64,000 nt of DNA. Source: Eledone cirrhosa. Its lineage: Eukaryota. Numbering within the stretch: the first letter of the stretch is position 1; every line of letters begins with the position of its first letter. The DNA lies in NCBI GenBank assembly GCA_964016885.1, contig OZ024740.1:94736001-94800000 (forward strand), given 5' to 3'. A model generated the notes under the pieces. The model worked only from the letters and a program-made list of their open reading frames with translations. It made no database searches and was not told the DNA's origin. The position numbers and the translations under genes were made by a program. Of the stretch, positions 26,333 to 38,200 are shown piece by piece.

Positions 26333-27660
26333 ATTAAGATAAGCAGAACAAGTACAATTCAACCATTTTTTTAAAAATAAATTAAAAAATATAATATAAA
26401 TATTTACCTCTTCTAATGGCCCTTACTGATCAGTTTCGCTTTGCAAAACCCCATAATCCAATGGATATCCCATAGAAAACCAAAGCTCATCAGAGAAGCA
26501 TTTTCCTTTCCTAGGGCTAAACGAACCAGGAACGATAAAATATATGACCTCCTGCCAGCTAATACAGGTCTGAAAGGTCGTAAAAGTAACCCGTATGTAA
26601 ACCGGACCGAAGTAAAAGCGGGAAAACCACAGACTTGCTGTCTATAATTACTACTAAAAAAATAGCAGCTAAATAGAACAACAGATGTGTTCTCTACATA
26701 ACGGAGTATAATGAATGAAGTTAAGTTGTCCAAATATACTAAGTACCCCTAGAAATACATAGGTTGTCTATGATTCAAGGTTGTTCAATGGTATTAATTT
26801 GATATATCAGAACTTTAATATTAAGATAAGCAGAACAAGTAAAATTCAACCAATTTTTTTAAAATAAATTAAAAATATAATATAAATATTTACCTCTTCT
26901 AATGGCCCTTACTGATCAGTTTCGCTTTGTAAAACCCCAGAATCCAATGGATATCTGATAGAAAACCAAAGCTCATCAGAGAAGCATTTTCCTTTCCTAG
27001 GGCTAAACGACCCAGGAACGATAAAAGATATGACCTCCTGCCAGCTAATACAGGTTTGAAAGGTCGTAAAAGTTCTGATATATCAAATTAATACCATTGA
27101 ACAAACTTGAATCATAGACAACCTATGAATTTCGAGGGTACTTAGTATCTTTGGACATATTAACTTCATTCATAATTCTCCGTTATGTAGAGAACAAATC
27201 TGTTGTTCTATTTAGCTGCTATTTTTTTAGTAGTAATTATAGACAGCAAGTCTGTGGTTTTCCCGCTTTTACTTCGGTCCGGTTTACATAGGGGTCACTT
27301 TTACGACCTTTCAGACCTGTATTAGTTGGCAGGAGTTCATATACTTTATCGTTCCTGGGTCGTTTAGACCTAGGAAAGGAAAATGCTTCTCTGGTGAGCT
27401 TTGGTTTTCTATCAGATATCCATTGGGTTCTGGGGTTTTACAAAGCGAAACTGATCAGTAAGGGCCATTAGTAGAGGTAAATAATTATATTCTTATTTTT
27501 AAATTTATTTTTAAAAAATTGGTTGAATTTTACTTGTTCTGCTTATCATAATATTAAAGTTCTGGTATATCAAATTTATACCATTGAACAACCTTGAATC
27601 ATAGACAACGTATGTATTTCTAGGGGTACTTAGTATCTTTGGACATATTAACTTCATTCT
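26333..27660. mobile_element. Tandem plus inverted array of a ~487-bp unit with a canonical HHR
   Basis: ttaagataagcagaacaag at 26334 and 26821; orientation flips at ~27073; three HHR copies. Confidence 0.88.
26417..26499 (-). ncRNA. Hammerhead ribozyme (copies 26904-26985 on -, 27385-27466 on + with core mutation)
   Basis: cttct-CTGATGA-GCTTTG...CAAAGC-GAAA-CTGATCAG-TA-aggg; GUA cleavage triplet; palindromic loop III. Confidence 0.85.
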
Positions 27661-28550
27661 TTATATATATATATATTATTTAAGTGTAATGAAATCTTTT
27701 ACAATGGAATTAGCTCGAAGAAGGAAATATTTCTGAGCCGTGTATATATACGACTGTTATTTCTAGCAGTACGGTTATGAGACTAGCTAGAAATTGTAAA
27801 CCATGTGCGTTACACAGTCTTTTAAATTATTTAGAAGTGAAGCATATCAATTTGTCCCTGGATGTTTACTGAGGAGAGAAGGACATGATATTCCTACACT
27901 TATTCATCTCGAAACATATTTGGATTTTAAAGTTTAAACTTATCTACGGAACAGGTTTGATTTTGAAATTTAAATGTGTCTAAACATCATAGCCATTTTG
28001 CAATGCAGTTCGTCTTTGTTGATTTATTATTTTAAATCGATATGGACGAACGGTAGTATAATAATTAGTATACTTCATTCTGGCTAAATTTTATTTTGCA
28101 ATATAAATACAGATGTGTTGGTATCTGTGTTTCATCATATATATTAGTTTATATATATATATATATATATTTATATACATATATATATATATTTATTAAC
28201 AAATATGATTCCACTTCCTCAGATAAATAACAATCCAACCAAGAACTGGGCATATCGGAGTATTGACGGAGTTAAACACTTCAACAACATGTGTACCTGT
28301 CTTTACCACACCAATCCGGACTGCCTAAATATGTCACAGCAAAGGATGGCTATCACTAAAATATATATAGCAGCACACCTTTAATAAAGAATCCACATTT
28401 TAAATGTTTGACTTAATTAATTTATTTAACATTACTCCGGGGTAAACAAACCACCCTGCGCACTTCGTCGAGTGCTCGAATCTGCGTATTGAGTGCCGTT
28501 AAACAACCAACACATACTCAAACTATATGTAGATACATTTATATATATGC

Positions 28551-28596
<46 letters not shown>

Positions 28597-28609
28597 ATAG
28601 ATAGATAGG

Positions 28610-28671
<62 letters not shown>

Positions 28672-28741
28672 TGGATATAGATATATATGCGTGTGTGTGT
28701 GAGTATTAATAGGATACATTAATATTATTATATGTAGTATA

Positions 28742-29120
28742 AGGCAGTGGTTTGGCAGTATCGGTAGAGCGTCAGACACCATATTTTGCGGCATAGTTAT
28801 GGCCTTTTGCGTTCTGAGTTCAAATCCGACGAGGTTAACTTTACCTTTCATCCTTACGAGGTCGATAAAATAAAGTACATATGGTGCACAGGGGGTAATG
28901 GCTGGCCTTGTGCCAAAAGTAGAAACTCTTAAGGGCGGTGGATTGGCAGTATCGGTAGAGAGTCGGACACCATGCTTTGAAGCATAGATTTACGTCCCTT
29001 TATGATGTGAGTTCAAATCCCGCTGAGGTTAAATTTGCCTTTCATCAATACGGGGTCGATAAAATAAAGTACCAGTAATGCATTGGGTAATTGCTGGCCT
29101 TGTGCCAAAAGTAGAAACCA
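28742..29120 (+). mobile_element. Two tandem tRNA-derived SINEs (28742-28926 and 28932-29120)
   Basis: A-box-like tggcagtatcggtagag, B-box gagttcaaatcc, shared body gcctttcatc..ggtcgataaaataaagtac..ggccttgtgccaaaagtagaaac. Confidence 0.85.
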
Positions 29121-30050
29121 TTATTACATGCAGTAAAGATCGTGTCTATTAGAAATATATATGAAAAATTAATTGATATTAATGTATATACCAAAACGTA
29201 ATAAAGAGTTTAAAATCTAAAATTCTATCGTATTAAATGCTAGTTATTGCTACTAAATATATGTAGCCGTTGGTCATTTGCCCAATTTGAATCACAGAGT
29301 CAATTAACGTCAAATTCCTGATTCTACATTATTTGTATCTTCGTATCTCATAGTTTACCATTTCAAATTTTAGATCACCTTGAAATGTTAGACTGCCTTG
29401 TGTGACGCCATATTCCTGAAAGTAACATTTGATAAGTAGGATCTGCGTTATTCAAAACATTAAAAGTGTAATTTTTAATGCATTCTTTTATGTTTTCATA
29501 AATCGCTATAATTTATTAATATCATTAAACAATTTTTTTCCTAAATTGTATATAGCTGTCTTTGTATTCCGCCATTGCTTTCTTTATGTAATTGTAATAC
29601 TTAATTCGTGTTTTTCATCTTAAACTCAAACAATATTTATTACGTTTTATTAAAAACAAATTCTAGTATTTATATAAAATGCTATATGAATCAAGTATAA
29701 ATCTTATCGACATATAAAATATATAAAATTGAGACATTTCTAAATTATCATGTTTCATTTCAGAGAAAACATGTATTCAATTTTATCTGTTTACTGAAAC
29801 GAAGAGAAATATATTTTCATTTTGAATTGCCAGAAAGTCATGCGATTATCAAATTTATCACTTTCATTCGAATGAGTCACTGACAACTTGGGATCATAAA
29901 ATCAAATAGGCATTCAGACACTTAGACTCTAAAAATTGATGTTTTTTTTCTTATAATAAATACTTATCTAAGTCAACTTAAATATAACTGGAGTTTTCCG
30001 TTGATGTGTATATATATATATATATATACAAATGTGTGTGTATGTATGTG

Positions 30051-30095
<45 letters not shown>

Positions 30096-30527
30096 GTGCG
30101 TGCGTAGGTTTTTATGTTTGGGTGTGAAACTCGGTTTTAATAGGGGGTAGCCACAGTAAATAAGGTACACAATATATAGAAGAGTGTAAAGACAATGTTA
30201 GATATTCAAATTGATTCTACAGTTCTAGAAATGTTTCATTGAAACGAAATCAAAAGGAAAGTCAACTGTCCGTGTAAAATGTTGTATATATATGTTTTGT
30301 GGCAGACGGTGATGGTGGTGATTTTGAGGGGATGAGTAGAGGTCATTGGCGAAGGGATTTAAAAAAAATATATATACAATAATACATGACGCAGATAAAA
30401 GTCAAGTAGTTGTCTCACATATATCACTTTTCACGTAATATATAAATGTTTCACTCCCTCGGCAGCCACTTTATCACGATTCAAGGCAAACATAAGAACA
30501 CGCCTTCAGGCGCACACGGGTAGTCAT

Positions 30528-30617
<90 letters not shown>

Positions 30618-30902
30618 TTATAAGTGTATATACATTTAAACCAATGAACCCCACTCATCCTGTAGACACTTGTCTTACAGGTAATGTTAGTTTAAGACAT
30701 AAACAAGAATTGATATTCCAAATTTGAATTTGTTTACAGTAGTCTGTCTGTTCTTGTTAATATTATAGCTTTAAAGAAGTAGCCTTACATGAACTCCCTT
30801 TTCTTTAAATACAGCCTCCAATGACCTCCACCCATCTCAATCATCACCCTCTCCTACCACCAGAAAAGAAAATATATAAATACCACCACTTACTTGGACA
30901 GT

Positions 30903-30946
30903 CAGGTTCCTGATGATTTCTCACGAATGAAACAGTTCTAGTCCTG
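30903..30946 (+). ncRNA. HHR-like motif in a pLTR remnant (related copies 34062-34101 on -, 34115-34156 on +)
   Basis: CTGATGA-tttctcacgaat-GAAA-cagttcta-GTC; the 34.05-34.17 kb copies form a small inverted pair. Confidence 0.55.
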
Positions 30947-31190
30947 TATAAGCTCTTCTATATTAAAACACTTATACTCTGCGATGTATTGAGTACCTTA
31001 ATTACTGTGGTTACCTCCGATTCAACCCGGAATAAACTACCTTATACGCACACACACACACATATATATATATATGAATGAAAATAGAGAAACTAATGTG
31101 AGCAAGAGGCCAACAGTAATTCATACATATAAGCGACTATTACGTCACCATGGAAAATATTTAACGTAAGATATTGGATAATAATTCAAT

Positions 31191-31238
<48 letters not shown>

Positions 31239-31299
31239 AGATTTATATATAGGGGAGTAGATTAGTGGTTTTTATATATATAAATATATATATTTATAT

Positions 31300-31920
31300 A
31301 TAATCAAGATTTAGCAAATAAGAAAAAGTTTCAAAATAAATTTTTAAAAATTAACTTTTCTTACTATAGTTACCTTTACCGAATCGGTTTCGAGTCTTAA
31401 AAATAAACGGAGTCCATACGACATCCGTTGCAAAGAAAAACTCTCGTCAGAAGGATCTTTTCACTCGAAGAATATAAAATTCTCGAATTCAAATTACGAA
31501 CTGGCGCTATTCAAAATTGTTCCCGAGATGAGAGTAAATGAAGTGGAATCAATTTTTTCAAGGGCCGTGTGTAAAGATAGAGGAGGAGACACGGGGGTCA
31601 GTCGGCTACCGCTATAACTAGCAGCAGTCAGAACGACCCCTGCCTCTGCCTTTATCTTTACACACGGCCCTTGAAAAAATTGATTCCACTTCATTTACTC
31701 TCATCTCGGGAACAATTTTGAATAGCGCCCGTTCGTAATTTGAATTCGGGAATTTTATATTCTTCGAGTGAAAAGACCCTTCTGACGAGAGTTTTTCTTT
31801 GCAACGTATGCCGTATGGACTCCGTTTATTTTTGAGACTCGAAACCGATTCGGTAAAGGTAACTATAATAAGTAAAATTTATTTTAAAATTTTTTCTTAT
31901 TTTCTAAACATTGATTATAT
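31300..31920. repeat. Fold-back element with ~290-bp arms, one HHR per arm
   Basis: 31300-31590 is the reverse complement of ~31640-31920. Confidence 0.9.
31778..31859 (+). ncRNA. Hammerhead ribozyme (mirror copy 31373-31454 on -)
   Basis: cctt-CTGACGA-GAGT...ACTC-GAAA-CCGATTCGG-TA-aagg; all three stems pair; GUA triplet. Confidence 0.88.
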
Positions 31921-32034
31921 ATGTTCTGGCTCTTTAATTTATTAACCTGCCATTGAACAACATTGGCATATGGTTGGACAATACATGTGTCCCCTATGGC
32001 CTTGTGCGTGTAGGGACATATACTCTATTATATT

Positions 32035-32051
<17 letters not shown>

Positions 32052-32065
<14 letters not shown>

Positions 32066-32180
32066 GATTAAAGTTTAAACAAGGAATCGGTACTTTCACA
32101 CTTAATGGGATCTTCAGAAGATCCCGTTAAGGGTGAAAGCACGAATCTTTGCTTAAACTTTAATCTGTTATTTTAATAAA
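32052..32180. repeat. Short palindrome centred on an HHR core
   Basis: Centre at 32116 (tcttc-a-gaaga); - strand reads CTGAAGA-tcccattaagtgt-GAAA-gtac; a related fragment is at ~1270-1375. Confidence 0.75.
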
Positions 32181-32299
32181 TATTTGCTCTATGTTCCTTA
32201 TATATTTGATATATATTTATCCTTATCGAGCCCTCGTTGGATATTGGTCTTCAACTTTATTACTATTACTATATATATATTACTGGTTCCTATTACCCA

Positions 32300-32640
32300 C
32301 TCTACTAATGTATACGTACATGCATATATGTATACAGACGTAGAGTACATTATAATAAATGTTCGGTAAACCAATACGTACATGTATATATATGTGCATG
32401 TATGCATGTATGTATGTATATACATACTACAGTGTGTATGTATACATACTTATGTTTAAGTATCAGGCGTACGAAGAGTGAGAAATGAAATTTCATTTGT
32501 TCCACTTATCGATGTTGGTACGTCCGGCTGATTAACTCACTCGATATGTAAATTAGGCTACTCAGCCGTTAATATGCATGAGGAAATTATATACTTTCAA
32601 ACGTACAATCGACTAACAGGAAGGTATATTTGCTGATGAC
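32300..32640 (+). repeat. Diverged partial copy of the 49.7-51.4 kb family, ending at CTGATGAC
   Basis: catacttatgtttaagta..gaaatgaaatttc..ctcagccgttaatatgc..caggaaggtatatttgCTGATGA. Confidence 0.75.
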
Positions 32641-33905
32641 ATGTATGTTAATATAAGGGTGTGTATGTGAAGAAGAATGTGGAGAGAGCATATATAATCG
32701 GCGTGTATTAGTTGTAAGAGAAGCTGCTAATGAGCAAGAGAAAGGGATAGCAATCTAGGGGTTTGATAATGGACGGGATATTAGAGAAATTGGGGAGGTG
32801 AGTTGAGTCCAAGAGGGGAATAGGATCCAAGGTGGTGAATCAGACTTCGTTAAGTCCTGGTGCGTTAGGCCTGTGATTTATGATGTAAACGGACACCCAG
32901 GACTGAAACATGTAGGGAAGAATGACCAGGAGAACAGACGGGAACATGAGTATTCAAACCGAGTCGTATATCCCTCAAATGTTCGGAAAGCCGGTCCGCC
33001 ATACGATGTCCTGTTTGGGAATAACGGGGGGCATATTTAACGTGGGTGGAAGTGCAGGTGAAGGAATGGCGGATACAGAAAAACCCGTTAGGCCCTGTAA
33101 GAGCGGTGAGAGTGGAAATAAAGGGACAAGTGTTGCAGCGGGAACGTGAACAAGAATGAGACCCGGGTGGAGCCGTGGAAGTGGACGAAAAGGAACTGCG
33201 AACCAGGACATCGCGGGGGATGCGGGTGCGCTTAAAAGCAGTAATGGGTGTGTTTGGAAAAAAGCGTGAAGTGATGGTTTCAGAAGAGAGGATACGTAAG
33301 GAACGGAGGATATGTCGCCATAGTGGTAGGGTGATGGGGTGGTAGATGAGAGGGAACGAACACAGGTGAGATGAGAGGGCTATGGTGCAGTCGGTTTCAC
33401 AGGCGCGGGTAAGAGCAGCTTGGATCAGGGTGGGGGTGATATCCACGCTGGCCGAAAAAGGAGGCCATGCGAAGGCAATGGATTTCGAAATCGTCGTCCT
33501 GGCTACAGAGTCGACGAAGACGGAGGGATAGGGAATATGGTTTGGAGTATTTGGTGTGTGTTGTATTGGAGAAGGTAAATCGAGGTGAGATTGGGAGTCT
33601 TTTGTGTTAAATAATATGGAAGTAGAGAGTGTGTAATGAGAGTGATTAATATATAGAGAGATATCTAGAAAAGCGACAGAAGCATCGGAGACGGAGGCTG
33701 TGAAATTGAGAGAAGGTTTGAAAGATTGGACAAAAGAAAGAAAACAGTCGGACTGTTCTCGTGATAGAGAGGTGGCGCCGATACAGACATCGATAGAACG
33801 ACCGTATAGCTAAGGAATCGGTCCAGCGTACTGGGAGAAGATCAGGGCTTCGACGTAGCCATCAAACAAGGTGGCATAGTTTGGACCCATTCTGGCTCCC
33901 ATCAT
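32640..33905 (-). mobile_element. 5'-truncated, decayed Neptune-type Penelope-like element (RT C-half + GIY-YIG)
   Basis: MGARMGPNYATLFDGYVE (motif B), GRSIDVC (degenerate RYIDD), FLDI, linker CSRSRCNTC, FTCTSTHVKY..QTGHRMADRLSEH. Confidence 0.85.
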
Positions 33906-33932
33906 AAGTATATATATATATATATATATATA

Positions 33933-33976
<44 letters not shown>

Positions 33977-34351
33977 TATCCCGGGTTCAACCGGTGTAAC
34001 CAGAGTAAGTGAGGTAATCAATATATAGCAGAGTATAACTATTTAATTTAGAAACAGCTTCTAGAGGACTAGAACTGTTTCATTCGAAAGCAATTATCAG
34101 CAAATCATGAGGGTGTTCCTGATGATTTCCTTCGAGTTAAAGTGTTCTAATCCTGGAGAAAGCATTTCTATATATTATATATATATATATTAATGATGAT
34201 AAATATTTGCATCTACGCTTCTTATATATTCGATATATTATTTATCCTTATGGAGCCCTCTTTTTTATTATTTACCCCCCCTCTCCTGAGCGTGAATTTA
34301 ATAAACATTTGTCGTACTGCCTCTCTGTTCTGTCCCTGTTCAATTTTTCAT

Positions 34352-34382
<31 letters not shown>

Positions 34383-34390
34383 TTATACAG

Positions 34391-34464
<74 letters not shown>

Positions 34465-34572
34465 AAAGGGATATTCAATTTGTTGGTAATTCAACAAACA
34501 TATTAGCCAGGAATTACTTGAACTATTAAGATCCTATTCCTGGTTATGTCAGTATTTATAAAACAAACTTTG

Positions 34573-34633
34573 TATTTTATCTGAAGAGACCGTACCAAAA
34601 TCTTGGTACAGTTGAAATATATATAATAGAATA
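34573..34633 (+). ncRNA. HHR in a solo pLTR related to the 35-41 kb PLE
   Basis: tattttat-CTGAAGA-GACcGTACCAA..TTGGTACaGTT-GAAA-TATATA-TA-atagaata; a degenerate relative is at ~23222-23290. Confidence 0.7.
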
Positions 34634-34671
34634 AGTATGTTTTATAAATATAGTTTCCATTTATTTAATAT

Positions 34672-34751
<80 letters not shown>

Positions 34752-35295
34752 GTGTGTAATGTTAGCTATGGTGCTTCCATAGGCGGTATGCCAAAATGAT
34801 CACTCTATATTCAGCAGGGTAGAGTGTAGATAGTAGAAAGAAAACGAAAATTCAGTGATGCATCTGGACTTAATGTATTGCGTCTTACAATTGTTTCGCT
34901 GGCAGGTAGCTCGAGACATGGTCCTTGCATGGATCTGGCTGATTCTATTTCTGCGGGTGATTTTAGACACGGGTATTTCGTCTGGAGCAAATTTTATAAC
35001 TAGGGTGGTATCATATAAAAAACACCCTCAAAAACCCTACTTCCACTTTTGTTATGCCATTGGCTGTTTTGACTCCAGGTGATCACAAGTTCTGGTCAGT
35101 ATCTGCTGCCACACGGTTCATCAGATATTTTCCGTCCGACACATTTCGAGAGAGTCATGCTGTATGTCACACGTCTGTTCACACTTCAGATTAAGCACCC
35201 ACACATATTAATAAACACACATAAACACACACACATGCAGACACATATACATTTATGCATACACACACGTACGCCTACATGCGCAGACACATTAT

Positions 35296-38200
35296 TATGT
35301 TATGTCCTATCAATTTGAATTATCAACTCATATGAAATGGGTAATATAATGTAAATATCAATATTCATGAATGAGACATAGATATATAATGTGTGAAAAT
35401 AATTTTGCTCAATAATGACCATATGTTTAGTTTAAAATTCAGAGGTCGATGTACCAAAAACTGAGATAAAACCTCAAAAAAATACGGAAATATATAAGTA
35501 TATACATACCCATGCATACGCACTTTCCGGAAAAGGAAAGAAAAAGAGAAAGAGAAGGTCATCTAAAGTTCTAGTTGATATTATAGACATACCCATGATT
35601 TTACGTGATCAACTCTGTAATCTCTTGTTTCACAACAACATTTTATTTCTTTGTGTTATAAAAGATTTCACTATATATATATACATAACAAATAAACGAT
35701 TAATATTCCTGCCCTCACATACATGATTATCGTTCATGTATAGAATATTATGCATATCTGTAACATATCCAGAACTATAGCCACACATATAGATATATAT
35801 GTATATATATATGCACACATACAGGTACATGTACAGATAAAATATACTCTGTAATCATTCCATATGCATATTAATACATATGGCCTTTGTACAGAGACAA
35901 CCATATATCAATATATCAGCACAGAAATATCAAAACGTTAAAATATTTTCATCACTCCCTAGAGTATCTCGGGCCACAAAAAACACAGTAAACCCCTCAT
36001 ATCAACCACAGAAATCTACCCTTCTAATTTATCTGACAATACATTGCCAAGTACATTAGAAGCAATCAGAATCAAAAAGCAAACAAAAAACCAAAAAATT
36101 ACCCAACAAAACTTATTTAGCAGAAATCATTTAAAGGATTTAGGATACCCTGTTGTTCTACGGATGCTCTTATATTTAGTATAGAAGTTTATCTTGCGTA
36201 AAAATTAGTTCAATAGATTGGGAGCATCTACATTTTAGAGTTGTTTAATTACATCATTAATTTATATTTATGAAGAAGGTTTAAAAGAAAAAGTTGAAGG
36301 AATCGAAATATTTATCGTCAGGTTTCATACATTAAATTAAATATTTTAATTAATTATACTACATTTTAAATTTATATTTATATTTAAACGTTGAGTTCAA
36401 TCTATGTCTGCAGCAACTGAATAAATTGCTCCATAAATTAAGGGAATTTTTGGATTTTAATATAAAGAATATCTTCTCCACACAGAGGTCACATGCCTCG
36501 ATGAGGAATTAAAAGGAATCCCTCTTGAGACAATATTCCAAAACATCGAATACCCAACGTCATTATGTTTAAGTTGCCAGAGTAAGCCTGATAGTGAGGT
36601 TGAAGATTTTTTGTTTGGATCTGTGAGAGAATTCTTATGATTATTGTAGCGAAGTTTAAATTCTGTCGTGGTGGAACCAACATAGTTAAAAGAATTTAAG
36701 TTAGTTTTAACATTACAATTGTATATTATATTTTTAACTAAGCAATTGTTATTTAACGGACATTTAGATTTATTTCTACAATTACAGTTTTTTAATTGAA
36801 TATTGTTTTGGTTATTATCGGTATTTTGGTTAGGTTCTAGATTCCTATTATTTATTCTGTTAATATTTTGTGCTAAATTTTTGGTGGACGAGTAAGTTAA
36901 TTTTATAGTATGTCTATTAAAAATTGAGTGATATTTATGTGTTCTAGGGAAGCGTTTGTCAAGAGCATTAAAAAATAGTTTAGCAATGTGGGTTTTAATA
37001 TTATGAGAAGGGGGGGGGGGGGGGGGGCAAACCATATTATATTTCTAGTTCTATTTCTTTTCCGGCTTTTGGAATTATTGTAATGTTTTCTATTATAGTT
37101 GTTAAAGTTGTTACCGTAATTAAAATAGTTATTATTTTGGTTAGTTTGCCTATTATGATCGATGTACTTAATTGTATCACTATATCCTGCTCTTGCTAAC
37201 GCTTCATTGTAATACTGCGCTTTTTCGTCGAAAATATTTTTATTAGATGAAATTCTTGAGATACGTTCTTGAACAGAGTTCACTATAGTATTTTTACCAG
37301 ATCTGGGGTGATTAGAGTTAAAATTGACATAATTCAAGTTTTCATTTAGTTTGTGAAATGGATAGTGAAGACATGTGTTGAGATTTAGTGTTACATCTAG
37401 GAAATTGACTATTCTATGGTTATTCTCTATTTCTATTTTTAGATTAAGGTAATTAAAAAATTGTATAATTTGTTTTCTTTTTCTATTAGTTCAGAGTTAT
37501 TATTTTCAATAAGTAAAAGCATGTCATCACGATATAATCCTCCGGTTAACCAGGTATTTTTCTATGTAGCGAATTAATTATAAATAGGCCCACAAGGTCC
37601 GTTACCTGAGCTGAGTCGGATGATCCCATAGTAATGTCGAAATTATTATCTCTATCTGCCCTAGTCCATAGTTGGTTATTAAATTCTATGAATGTTTTCC
37701 TTGCCGATAATATAATGTGCATTTCATTGCTAGTTAGGTCTGTATGTTTGAATGCGTAATTTAGTGCCTTAATTCAGTAGATTATGGGTAATAGATGAAT
37801 AGTAGTTAGCAATATCTAGTTGAATAAATTTATTATTATTGTTATATTTAATTTCTTTGAACCACTCAATAACCTCGCCAGTCCCCTTCCATAAGTTTAA
37901 GTTAGGTAAATTATGTAAGTTCTTAATTTGCTGTATCATCCTGTCTAGAATATTTTTTTCTAAGTTTACCCAGGTCAGATTTTGATGGTGCAATCAATCT
38001 GACTGGCAAATCAATTTCAAAATTTATTTTGTGATCTTTCATATTGATCTTGGGTTTCCTAGGCAAGAAGGGTTGTGTTTTGTTCTCAATGTCTAACTCA
38101 TGCATTATACAAGAAGCCTCAACATTCATTTTTTCCAGTTCGTCCTTATTTGCTACCTTGTACTTTTTCCTTAGTTCTTTCAATATGAGGGCATTATAGA

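Noticed and set aside
28742-29120. tRNA genes
   Set aside because: A and B boxes are present but there is no cloverleaf; a SINE body follows
34860-35150. Possible PLE zinc-linker (CQRNNCKT) and a CTGATGA on the - strand
   Set aside because: No supporting GIY-YIG motifs and no ribozyme stems
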